From: Trichoplax adhaerens
Taxonomy: Eukaryota; Animalia; Placozoa
NCBI RefSeq assembly: GCF_000150275.1
Contig: NW_002060943.1
Span: 1,726,832-1,790,831, forward strand
Length of the DNA stretch: 64,000 nucleotides
Reading direction: 5' to 3'
The notes beneath the pieces were generated by a model. The model did not search any database. It saw nothing but the letters and a program-made list of their open reading frames with translations, and was not told where the DNA came from. The translations under genes were made by a program, and so were the position numbers. Of this stretch, positions 28,001 to 40,476 are shown one piece after another (positions within the stretch are counted from its first letter, which is position 1; the number at the start of each line of letters is the position of its first letter).

Positions 28001-30309
28001 CTATACATAATATTTGAAAATCTAGAAAAATAAAGAATTAGATCTCGAAAAGTAACGATTCCTATACGAATTCTATAGTTGTGGAGTATCGTTCTAGAAA
28101 GCGAGAATACAAAATTACAAAACTAGAAGTTGATATATTCGCTGTATAGAATAAATTCATATTCATCTTAAACCTTAAGGACATTCCCAGAGATCTCTTG
28201 TTATATCTATCCATAAATATTATCTCAGTGAGCATTTGTCATTCTGTAATCAAATGATTATGTCTTGTCGTAGTTAATATTACTAACAAATATTCTAGGG
28301 CGCAAAAACAATTGCAGTACCTATATAAGCGTATTTCATTATAATTTTTGGTGTTGACGTCGCTCACAGTACGTAAATAGCTAGCTAGCTAATCAAATAA
28401 TGTAAAGTCAATCTTATGCAATTCTTATTTTAACTGCCAGCGCTATTTTAAATTTCATCATTCCATCAAATGCAAAGGTGAAAAAATTTGATATTTTAAC
28501 TATGACCTTCAGTTCAATTTGATTTAGTACGGTGAATTATATAGGCCACTGGCATTCTCCTTTTACGATTGACACGATATTTCGTGAAGGAATAGCGACT
28601 AGCACTAGTCTATTATAAAGTACAATGTAAATTTTACATTTTGTTAAAATATATACTAAATCTACAGTATAGGTTATCGCGAAGTACAGTATAAAAATTT
28701 AATCTTGATAATTACACATTATAGCTAATTGATATTAAAATGCTATATCTTACAATTAGCACTTAGGTGCAATCGTCCTCGTATGTAACGCTTTTTAGAC
28801 TATGGACTTCAAGAAAAGTATTTATATCGATCAAATATTTTCAGCAAATATGTCACACAATGTAAATAAGCTTAATTATATTAGCTGATAGACGATGGAA
28901 ATGATGGATTTATCCTGATTTAAGTTCAATCCCTATTCCGAATTTCGTCAAAAGTAGTTAAACGGTATAGCAATTATCTAATAACACGGTACAATCGATA
29001 AACATACAAATTTATTTCGTACAGAAAAAATCATTTTCACGATTCTATTATAATGGCTTACCGCCTTTACATAGCAATAAACTTCATGTGCAACTTAAAA
29101 AATGCATACTGTTAAATTATGTTGTAGCTATATAGCTAGTAAATACTCGAAAATGATGTTATAACATCAGTATAATGTTTAAGATCGCTTCTTGAATCAA
29201 TTATTTTCTGTGAATGCTTACAATCTAGTTAAAATATTGTGCCAGCACGGTATAGCTATTAGACAATAACCGTATATTTGTTACTTTGTTGTCATTAAGA
29301 TTATTCTGCAAATTGAATATTTTTTATATTGATATTGCATAAACTGCACTACCTGCATAATTTAGTCAATAGCTAAATAAAGAATGATTTATAGACAGTT
29401 ATGCACTCGTACTTTATCGTATACCAGAAGGTATAAACGTTTTAGTATCATGATTGCCATAAAAGATTGCATATATGATTGTGAATATCTGCGTTGAAAC
29501 GTACAATCAAATGTAATCAATCTACACAGCCATTTTTCTAGCACATAAAACCTTCACATATTTTTTTTACGGTATTTTAGAAAATAAATGTTTACTTTAA
29601 TAAATGACTACTTTAGTACACTTCTATACTATATAATATGTTTTAAACTTAGCTAAAAGGAATAATCGATATCACAATAAAAAATTCCTAGCATCCAATC
29701 ACTTACCAACAATGTTGTCAATCATAGCAAAATCCATAGCTCCCATAACTTAGATATACATAGTAATTCAAAAATATACATTGCCTAAGTATAATAAGAA
29801 GCGTAAAGTTTTCGTATCGATATTAACTTTACGAATACTTTTTCGCGTAACAGCTGTGCTTAATACTTTGTATTAGCTTTCTCTATTAAATATATTCCAT
29901 AGTCTGATAATTTACGTATATGAAATCCACATATGCTCGTAATACAGTTTTATCATTACATTACCATATTACATGACCAAGCATAGTATCATAGATTCTA
30001 TAAACATGCTAAAATTAAAATAGTATTCATGGATTGTTTGATTATACAATAAAGCTTATTCTTAGTCTACCTACATTATGGTATCAACAAAATAATCTTT
30101 CAGTATACTGTACAGTGTTCAACATTATGTTACAACGAGCAGGCGCTAAATCGATAATTCGATTATTAAAGGCATATGTAGGCAGGGAAGCCTAACACCA
30201 AATAGTCCAAGATATCTCTCAAAACTCGAGATGTGGATAGGGATACTAATATAAAATGAAACGATGTTGTCAACACCAATTAGAAGCTGCTAATCTTTAA
30301 ATATCACAG

Positions 30310-33300
30310 TTACTCTTCTAAGCAACTTGCTAGAACTTTGATATTTCCTTGATAATCCGCAGTAACTACAACTTCTCCATCGTATAGTTCGAGTACATTT
30401 AGAAACTGCATCGCCATGCTGGGCACAGGAACAAAAACGGCGCTAGTAACAATTGCGGTATGGGCTAAAGCAAAATAAACGGAATTTATAATGGCATTGT
30501 AACATAAATTATACTGTTAAGTTGATTATATAAAATAAAACCTTGAAAACTTTCAAAACAGTCATTACGGTCGCGTCTGGAAGATGATTTTGCATAATCA
30601 TGGTACGTCTTCCAGGTATAAACGAAGTAATCCTCTGATCCACACACTATTGATTCACCGCTTTGACTAAATTTAATAATTGCATAGAACTGGCGTCAAT
30701 GCTAGATTTTGTGTACGAAAAAAACTACTGTATTTTAAACTATGACTAAATTTAGGCAAAGATGTCGTATCATTAATTGAAATAGCAAGATTACTTGAAG
30801 CTAGCTCTTATCTGACTACTAGTGTTCAGACATCCTTTGTATTTGCAGGTCATTTTAAAATCTTTTAAATCGTATAGTCGAATACGAGAGTCATTTGATG
30901 TTACAAGAATCTAGCATGAAGTCAATAACATCATTTATGATTATAAGGATCAATTCATAAATATCCTCGCTACTCTAGAAAATAAAGAAGTACCTTATCA
31001 CTGCCAGGCATAGGTATTATGCCACAGATTTTTCTTCCTTTTGAATTTCGCCCCCTTGAGGATCGAACATGGATTTGGGTATGATATTTCAATTGCTAGT
31101 ACGGTAATAAGATACGACGTCAAGATTATCCAATCATAGTAAAACACTTTTCCTAATTTTAAATCTACATTCAATTCACTAACCTCAGTATCGTAAAATA
31201 TGCATCTTCCATCATAAGTGCCAATAACAGCATATTTACCTCTCTGGCAAAAATTGGTCGCAGTAATCAATTTTGCGGCTGCAATAAAATATAGTCAGAA
31301 AAATATTCAATTATGGCACCTGAAGCATATAGTGACGCAAATCTTACATGCATCAATTTCATTCCACATAGCGACTTTCTTTTTAGGGATATTCCATAAC
31401 CGTAGCTTTCCATCGAATGATCCGCTAAGGAAATAGCGATCGTCCTGAAACATATCAAATTTAATGTTGCTATAGCTGGTTAAGTCGCACGTATAATATA
31501 TAAACTGCGAAAAAATTTTTGAAAATTACAAACCAAGGGATGAAAGGCTATAGCAGCTACAAAGTCAGTATGAAGAAAACAACAAAGACACTCTTTTTGG
31601 GATACATGCCAGAGTCTATGCGGTTACAACAAGTTGATAAAATTACTAGATAATTATTGCAACATTATTAATTCAATATCATATGCTTTTCATAAAGACA
31701 TACCTAACAGATTTATCCATTGAAGACGATAGCAAAAAATAATTACGCGACCAAGAGAGATCTAGAATATCAGCAGTGTGCCCATTAAATATGCATAAAG
31801 GTTTACCAAGAAATGGGCCTTCTTCTAATGATCCTTGAGTCTAAGGGTATGTTATAAATACAGTGAAAGTAGTTTAGTATTTGAATCTACTACGCAAAAA
31901 AGTTGATCAGAGGCGCCTAAATAACAACAAATATTGTACCGGTTGACTTGTACTAGTTTTTTTCTTAGGTTTCTTTTGATCTATCAAAAATTGCATAAAT
32001 CATGGAAGAAATCTTGCATTAATCTGAGTACCTTCAGAATTTAGATTATAGACGAAAATTAGGCAATTACAAAGTATTACTATAATGGTTACTTGGTAAC
32101 ATCTCTTTGAAGTATTCCGAACAAATTTTTAAAACCCAAATTCGCTACAAAGGAAATCATATAAGCAAAAATCAGCTCAATGCTCCAAAGATCTACCAGT
32201 AGCTCAGAATGAATTTAAAATTAAATATTATATTAGAAATGCTATGATTCTGCCAGTACCACTACTGTATCTTGACCACCGCTCGCCTATAAATTTTAAA
32301 CAAATATCGAATGGTTAATGGACCAAGGTGTCTAAATTTTTAAAGTACGGAATTAAGGACTAGAGGTAAAGCTTACTAGTAACTTGCCACAATTGGAAAA
32401 ACTCATTGTCCATATTGGTCCCTAATGATAAGAAGAGCATAGTAACTTCTAATTATGATACAGCTTATATTATAAAAGAACAAAATTATGTCTAGATGCC
32501 AGTACCGTATGCTCTCCGCTTAAATCTTGCAGTAACTTCGTATTAGAAAATTCATATGGTCCTTTATGATGGGATGCAGCTTTATACTGTAATATACATT
32601 TACGCCGTCACTATAATCAGTCGTCTCGCACAAGTGAAGTGGTAAGAACTGCGTGTTTTTATATAAGTAGTAAAATGATCATACATTTCGCTAAAATTGG
32701 GCTAATATATAATCGCTGATTGACGATACCTTTATTTGCTGGGTATGATCACTTTGAACGTTTACTTCATCGTCTTCTTCCTTCTGACCTATAATTCCAA
32801 TAGAGAAGCAAAGTAATTTCAGCAGCGATGTTATAGAAATAAAGAATAAAAATTTACAAACCATCATCTCCTTTCTTCTTTCTTTTAGTTCTCCTTCCTA
32901 AGAAATGTCTAAATCCTTTTCTAATAAAATTAAGAAGCAAAACGTGTTCTACATCATCAATACGAAGTAAACAATATTATTCAATCAACATGCAAAATGT
33001 TACTTTTTCTCCATCGATTTATCTTCCATATCAATTTTATCTTCCTGTTTATCGTCCACTTCTTCCTTTGTTTCTTCCTTTGTTTCTCCCTCACTAAAAT
33101 TTAAAATAAAAGTGTTAACTTCTTTTATCACATACTGTAGAAACTTATTAGCATCAATCTATCTTACCGAGATAACTCAGAGGTAATCTTCATTATATGC
33201 ACTGAAAGAGGGTTTGCACCAGTAGGAATATGCTTCTCAGCCTCGCTTAATGGAATTTCGACACCCGTATCTAAGTCCTTTACCATAACACCTTGCAATA

Positions 33301-36300
33301 TTTTCTAATAAATTATGACAATTTAGAAACTTATGCAGTTATCATTTATCTAAAGTTATATCCTAATGTGGATACTAGTATGCGCGTCTAGCATATCAAA
33401 GTTTACAGTAAAATAGGAAACTGAAGTCTACCTTTTCACATGGTGGTTCGTGAGGTTTATCCTGCTTCGGTGATGTTGGTTCCGCAGTTTTGACAATTCT
33501 AGCACCTTCGAGAGCTGATTCAACAGTCATGTCCCTCTGAACGCGACTAGGTGATGCACTGTCTTCGCTAAGGTGTAAATGTTTCTTTCTCGTGGCCTTT
33601 AACAAATCTACGTCATAATATTTATTTAATATGCGTTACGATACATATAATATTCAAATCTACGTACTTGCTTGTACGTTACTTTCGTAAATATCTACGT
33701 AAATTGAAGAAACCAAAGACTGTTAATTTATATTATAATTAGGAACAATTTGGTTCGCCGCACCTTCTTTAACAGAGAATTTTTTATCAGGCGTGGTCGG
33801 AACGTCATGGCTATTATCCTTACTAGATTTCAATGTGGTATCACCTTGGGTTATCTGCAAAAAAATACAGATAGAGAAACTGATATACTCTAATGCGATG
33901 ATAAATATAATTGCGCCTAGATTAGAGGAAGCTTCTATCTGTATTACTTTTTAAATAAATTCCAACTTTATTATTAGATAACAATAGTATACTTTAAAAG
34001 TAAGATTTACAACATGGATGGAATGCAGTTTGTTTCGCCAATTCATTTAATCGCCGACACATATGGCATGATAGATATGGTATGTACAAGGATACAGGGC
34101 AATAAAAAACTTACCTCATCCTTTGATGACACATTTTGAGTCAACCGCATAGACGAAACCTAAGTAACAATTAATAGGTATAAAGTACATGATAACAGGA
34201 GCTATCAATCAAGCAACGTGATAACGAGATTATTCCTAGGCTTAAAATCAATTCATAAATTTATCGTGCAAAAACACAACACCTCAGTTTGAGATTGCGA
34301 TGGCCGCTCGACATTGTTGCTGGTAACTTTACTGGGCTGTTCATCCGATGCCTCACTCCGACTATCTATGTCTTTATTACTACTACTGTCACTACTTGGA
34401 GGAAAAGAAATTTTTCGAATTTCTGATTTCTTTGATTCATCGGAAGTGTGACTAGCTCTATCGGAAGAAGATGTCTTTCTCGCATTTAAATCAGGTTGAC
34501 TTTCTGTTGGTTTGTCAATGTCTAGCGAACTGGTTAAATGTTGCGGCTTACTGGGTACAGACTTGGATTCTTCAGAAGTGGAGCTAGCTCCATCAGAAGA
34601 TAATGCCTTTTCCATATTTAGATTAAGTTGGCTGTCTATCAGTTTATTCACGTCTGCTGAATTGGCTAAGCGTTGTGGTCTACGAGATACGGTTTCCTCA
34701 ACTTCATGCTGTTCATCAGTCTCAGCTTGCTTGATATTTTCCGCGGCATCGTCTATACTTAAATCTTTAAATACCGGTAATTCATTCGATGAGCATTGTA
34801 AAAAATCAACTAAAATTTCAAATGCTAATAATCGCTTCTACGGACTTTATAATCAACTCATTATTCTACAGAATTTATTTGTTCGTTAGAATACTGAATT
34901 TGAATTACCATTGGATGTTCTACTTCCTTTTGTGGATTGTTGGCTAGAAATACTGTCATTATCTGACTGTTCCTATATCACAATGACGTCAAAGCAAATG
35001 TAAATGATTATGATGATTGTTATCCTAACTCATAAGAAAGCATCGGTAGCAAAAGTGTACGTACGAATGGTGCATCTTAATTATGTACCATATAAGACAT
35101 ACGAGACTAAATTGTCTAAATATGTAGATCTAATGGAGAATTAGGCATCATTGAAGAAACAGACTGATCCATTATTCATAGCTAGTTAGATATATAGTTT
35201 ATCTAGGTATAAAACAAGGTATATAAGCCTTTATCGGTGATTCTACCGGTCGTTACAGAATCGATGAAATACTCAACTAATGTTGTACATTAGCGCTAAC
35301 AAATACAGTACGTAGATTAACATATTAGCGACTCAATACCGTGAGCTACTGTTAATGGAGCTGAGTAATATTAGCTTTGTTAGTAATAAAAATGTAAGTA
35401 TGTATCCTGGAGGAACCGCATCTGTCAATTCTATGTGTTGTAATGAGTGGATAGATAACTACTTTATAGCTTTCTTCAATTCGTACCACTTCTGGCCATA
35501 TTGAAAAATAATTTCAAACTTTCGCAATCTTTTCATAAATTATGGTTTACAAAATAAATCTTTACCTTCTTGAAATGTAATATCATGGACTACTACTAGA
35601 CACTAGAAGTCTATGGTAAAATATCCTGCAATGCAAGGCATTCTTCGACGATTACTTTGATGTAAGAATACTCAGTCTCTATTCAATCAATCAGTGATAT
35701 ATCTATCAGATCGAAAACGACGGTATCGGTTGATTATGAACTCGGATTGAAAGAGTATTCTCCTGTCGATATCGGCTATAATATGTCATAGTGACGTATC
35801 CTATTTTGCCAACAATGGCATATTCTCGTATACTGAGGTTAAGCTTAATCCAATATCATTATTCATGGTAAGTTTCAAACCTGCTCTGCTGATGGATCAT
35901 CAGACACCTTTACAATATTAGTATCTTGATCAACGTTTGCATGATCGGATGATGGAGTCTGGTGAATATCTTGGTCGTCATTATTAGTATCATGATGGTC
36001 TTGATCCGCATTTGTATGAATATCGCCATCACTCTTGAAATGATCAGACGATTGATTTTCACCTGTATCCTGATCAGTATTTACATGGCTGGATGATAGA
36101 TTGTCATTCTTGTCCTTTTCAGTGTCACTGCAAGTATCATTAAGAGCGAGATAATTAGTCTATGCCATTACTGTCTGGGCAGCCACTAGGACTGCATCAT
36201 ACGATTTGAGTTAATAACAGAAAATGTTTAACAGCTATTTCAAGCTAACATTAATTAGAGTCTATTCATGGGCTACTATTCTAATTAGTAGGTGATGTAG

Positions 36301-37498
36301 TAGCTGTATCCCGGTGGTGCATTGTCAATAAAGCTTTTCTAGTACTCTAGTATCAAAGTGAATTTTAATGAAAGTTAAATTACAAATCCATTCAGTAGAG
36401 TGAATAGGCTACGCCTTCTACGCTATAATTTGATTCTTTGACAAAGAAGGACCAATTCTTTTTCTGCGTGACCTAGATATCTTCTACTATATAGAAGTCG
36501 CCATCATGGTACTACATGATTTCATCGACTAGATCAGATGGATGTTTTGTTACTGAATACTAACATCGATTCAAACTGAAATGGGACTGCAATGATGAAA
36601 CTGTACAATATAACGATAGAATCAAGGCAAAAAGCGAAAATTCATCGTCGACGACAGTACAATACTGTCCATGACAACAAGCGAGTCCATGTTTGTCAAG
36701 GATCATTCCATCTCTTTGTTTGACAGCAGGTAAAAGCATGGAAAAAACTGCTGATGCTAGCCAAGTTGGGAGTCAAGGCATCATTTCAACGACATGACAG
36801 TAGAAGAAAGCAAAAAATGAAAATGGATCGACGATGATCGTCCATGCTTGTCAAGGATCATTGGATCTCTTGGTATGGTAGCAAGTAAAAATAGGCCATC
36901 CACTGTTGAGGATTTCTTTATTGTCAATGAAAGTAGAGAGTTTATGGCCAAGGAAGAGGCATTTTTTTTCCTGTCTTGAATCAGTGGATTATGTTGACGT
37001 ATTATCGCAGTGCTGTAGGGTAGTAGAGAGTATTGAAATGGCGATAAGACGTCCGCAGAACAAACAACGATGCACTCAAATGGATGCGATCCAAGTAGCA
37101 CTGCTGTCAAAAGACAGGCAATAGCGATTGCTGGAGACTATTTCTTCCATGGTGTATCATGATATAAAATGGGATAAAATCATGTTACGGGGCCGATAGG
37201 GGAAAACTGCTTGGTTCTACTGAACGATCAAGGAAGGCAAAGTCTACCTCATCGACTATGCTATCACGTCGTTTAATTAATGTTGAATGCATTCTAATGA
37301 TAGAAAAGCTATCATTAATCCTAATGTATACTCAATGGAAACAGTTATTTCAGTACATAAACAAAAACATCCATTATTTTGGCTAGTTGGACTTGGCCAA
37401 CATAGCCATGAATAGAGCAATTAGCCATACTTAGAGCAAATTTTGAGTTCGTCTTCAGCATCGAAAAATTCGTCGGAGCTGCAATCACTCGTCGCCAT
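30310..37498 (-). CDS. WDR44: WD repeat-containing protein 44 (Rab11-binding protein / rabphilin-11), about 25 exons
   Basis: N-terminus MATSDCSSDEFFDAEDE (FFAT-like). Rab11-binding segment VMVKDLDTGVEIPLSEAEKHIPTGANPLSVHIMK at ~33168-33304. WD exons [107 protein letters not shown]. GT-AG introns; stop TAA at 30310-30312. Some exon borders in the low-complexity N-terminal part are approximate. Confidence 0.95.
36629..36890. repeat. Diverged ~155-bp duplication in WDR44 intron 1
   Basis: GTCCATG(T/C)TTGTCAAGGATCATT..ATCTCTT...AGCA.GTAAAA at ~36685 and ~36840. Confidence 0.7.
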
Positions 37499-39197
37499 GT
37501 TGAGTGGAGGAGTTGACCGGAGCTGACGTCAATCTTTTGTGTCAGTCGTCCTGTCGAGTCAACTGGTATAGTGTCAAGGCGTTTTTTCCCAGTCTTGCAG
37601 AGATGTTGGCTAGTGGGGGATGTGAGGAAATGTCCGGTGGAACCCTTGTCTAAGCTTTCTGTCTATACTTGCTTCTCGATGTTGGACTAGTGGATGGTAG
37701 ACTGTTGCCTGTTCAGTCATGTTTTCACACTCTACTCAACACCAGTGTCCACGGTGATAAATAGTATGGACAAGAAATAATGTCATGTATGACGGTTGGA
37801 CTTGTTCTTGTCAGCAACGCTCTATACGACATCATTTATGCTAGCCACGGTTGACAGTTGTCCATCATTCCTCATTTCTGACAATTACAGTAAGGCGTGA
37901 TGAGTGCAGTAGAAGGAGCGATTTGAGTAGTTGCAAAAGTTATGTCACTACTACAGTGCTACCTAGAATAACAAGTCATCATGATAGGTGACATTCATTT
38001 TGGGATGCAAATAGACAGTACAGTACTGTGTACTGTGAAATCGACTGTACTGTACACTGTACACACGACAGTACTGTGTACTGTGAAATAGACAGTGTAA
38101 AGTACTGTACGGTCCTACAGCACGGCTATAGTGAAGCGTACTGTACTGCACGGTTATAGTAAACCGTACTACAACTGCAGTACAGTAACTGTCAACCAAA
38201 AAATAAAACTCCAAAATAAGTGTGTCTAAATAAATTCATAATTTAATTATTAAAACACTAAAAGGAAAATCACTTAGGAAATAAATTTATTCATTAATAT
38301 GATATTGGAGGCGGTCACTGTTAGGTTCGATTAGACATGGTTCAGGCTTTAATTCAATGAAAGTGTATCAGGGGAGAGGATCAACTACGTTCGTTAGCAG
38401 ACAAGTTCTACTGGAGAAGTCGAGAATGCTGACAAGTTTGCTGTCTGGAAGATCTTCAAAGATACTGTCAAAAATATGACGCTCTTTGTAGTTATAGAAA
38501 TAGAGTCTAGTGTGCCAGTGACGATGATCACGGAACACTACATAGATTGCTGGATTGAAAATAAAAGTAGTAATTTACTCCCGAAATAGCATTTCAATGA
38601 AAATTGGATAATTATTGTAGCTGCGAATGCTACGAAAAGTATAAAAGCATGCAACTTTAGATTATTCTGTTAGTTCGTTCTGGAAGTCTTTAGAAGTAGT
38701 ATTCGGCTAGAGTAGAGCTGTGTGTAGTTAATCTTTGTATAAGATTCAATAAAGCCCTTATTTTTCTAAAATTTGGAATCTCGTGATTGGTATATATCAC
38801 ATGCTATCCTACTGTAACTTCAAAACTCGATGGAAGAATAAAACCTGAATAGAAATCAATCTATGGGCCTTTTTAAGACTAACTCCTAATAAGTTACAAA
38901 TCCTTCATCGCTGTACGCACTGTACTGTAGTAATGCTTCGCTAATGATGGCAGTACTCTACTCTGTACTGTACACAGGATGTTACCTTTCACTTAATTAA
39001 TTATCGAAATCTCTCACTCTACTCGTATTGGATGATGGAATGAATTGCAATCATTTGACAGTCAATAAAAAGATACAGTATATCTGAATATTGTGATAAT
39101 ATGTATTGGTCATTTTCTATTCTAGCTACAATATTGAACATTGCTTTTCCTTTCAAGCCTAAGCCATGATAAGTTACTATTTTATCACGTAATACAG

Positions 39198-39553
39198 CAA
39201 CTTCAAAGTAGCATCAAAATCGAGTCTTAAGATGAGCATTTGAAGTCCATTTTAGGAAAGAGTTTTCCATAGTTCAACTTCAAAGTAGCATCATGAATTG
39301 GTGTTCAAAATCAGCATTATAGCTCTAGTTCATCAAGTATTCTCCATGATACAAAGAGTTTTCTATAGTTCAACTTCAAAGTAGCATAATCAATTGGTGT
39401 TCAAAATCAGCATTATAGCTCTAGTTCATCGAGTATTCTCCATGATACAAAGAGTTTTCTATAGTTCAACTTCAAAGTAGCATAATGAATTGGTGCTCAA
39501 AATCAGCATTATAGCTCTAGTTCATCCAGTAAGTATTCTCCATGATTCAAAGA
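39198..39553. repeat. Tandem repeat, 96-bp unit, ~3.5 copies, between the divergent WDR44 and RRM genes
   Basis: CAACTTCAAAGTAGCAT recurs at ~39198, 39275, 39371 and 39467. Confidence 0.92.
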
Positions 39554-40476
39554 GGAAGTTGATAAACAGCGACTGCTAACAAGAAGAGAGAGGAACGGCA
39601 AAATCAGTCAAATACGGAGATCGACTATTTTCTCGGTCATTTCAATCCTATCGTCTAGGTACATTAAGCAACATCCGTTGCACTACTTGTTATCAATAAT
39701 AAAAATAAAGAAAGAACAGAGCATTGCCAGTCTCTCTTGAATTATTAATAATAATATTATTAATGCAGTAGCCATCTTTTGCACAAGCGGTCGATCACAA
39801 CTTCTACTCTATACTGTATCCTATCCTTCCTCCTTTTTACAAGACGTTGTACTGCTTGACAGATGATGTTACAACACATTATCAATCTTATTTTCTCTTT
39901 CCACAGTACAGTAACGGAAGTTCTTTGGCTTGGGTCTCTACAGTACAATGTACTGTAGACTACAGTACAATATAGCATGCAGTACTGTAGAAATTGGACA
40001 TCAAAGGACACAAAATGCACAAAGATGCGCTATCTTCGCTACTACTACGCATAACAGACTGCGTACAATACAGTATAGTAGGGTAACAAGCTGCGTTTGT
40101 TGCTTATCCTGGACGAACTAATCCTGTCTTAACGTGATAAAACTGCCATTGCAGCAAACAATTGGCGCATAGCCTGTTTTCACTGGGACAAGAAAGACTT
40201 TCTCTTTTTTTTTTCTCAAAGAAATTTGTAAGTTTTCAAACTATTGCACAAGCACTATCACTTGCTAGTTTACTTCTTCATATTGCTAGATTGATTTTTG
40301 TAGCCGCGATAGAAAAGTAAGCAATGCGTAAGGGTGAAAAAAAAGAGTGAAACTATTGAATTTTGTTAGCCGCGTGACTAAAACCCTATCGTCTTTTCAG
40401 GGTACGCGCTCGATCGAGCAGTGTCTGTGAAAATTGGCTATTTTCAGATTCAATTAACAATTATTATTGCACCGTG

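Noticed and set aside
37963-38214. ORFs rich in Y/S/T/V/C (also 39760-40121 and 48488-48831)
   Set aside because: Translations of the ACAGTAC/GTACTGT motif arrays, not proteins.
39198-39553. Repeat arrays as CRISPR-like
   Set aside because: Whole units repeat with no unique spacers, the context is eukaryotic and there are no cas genes.
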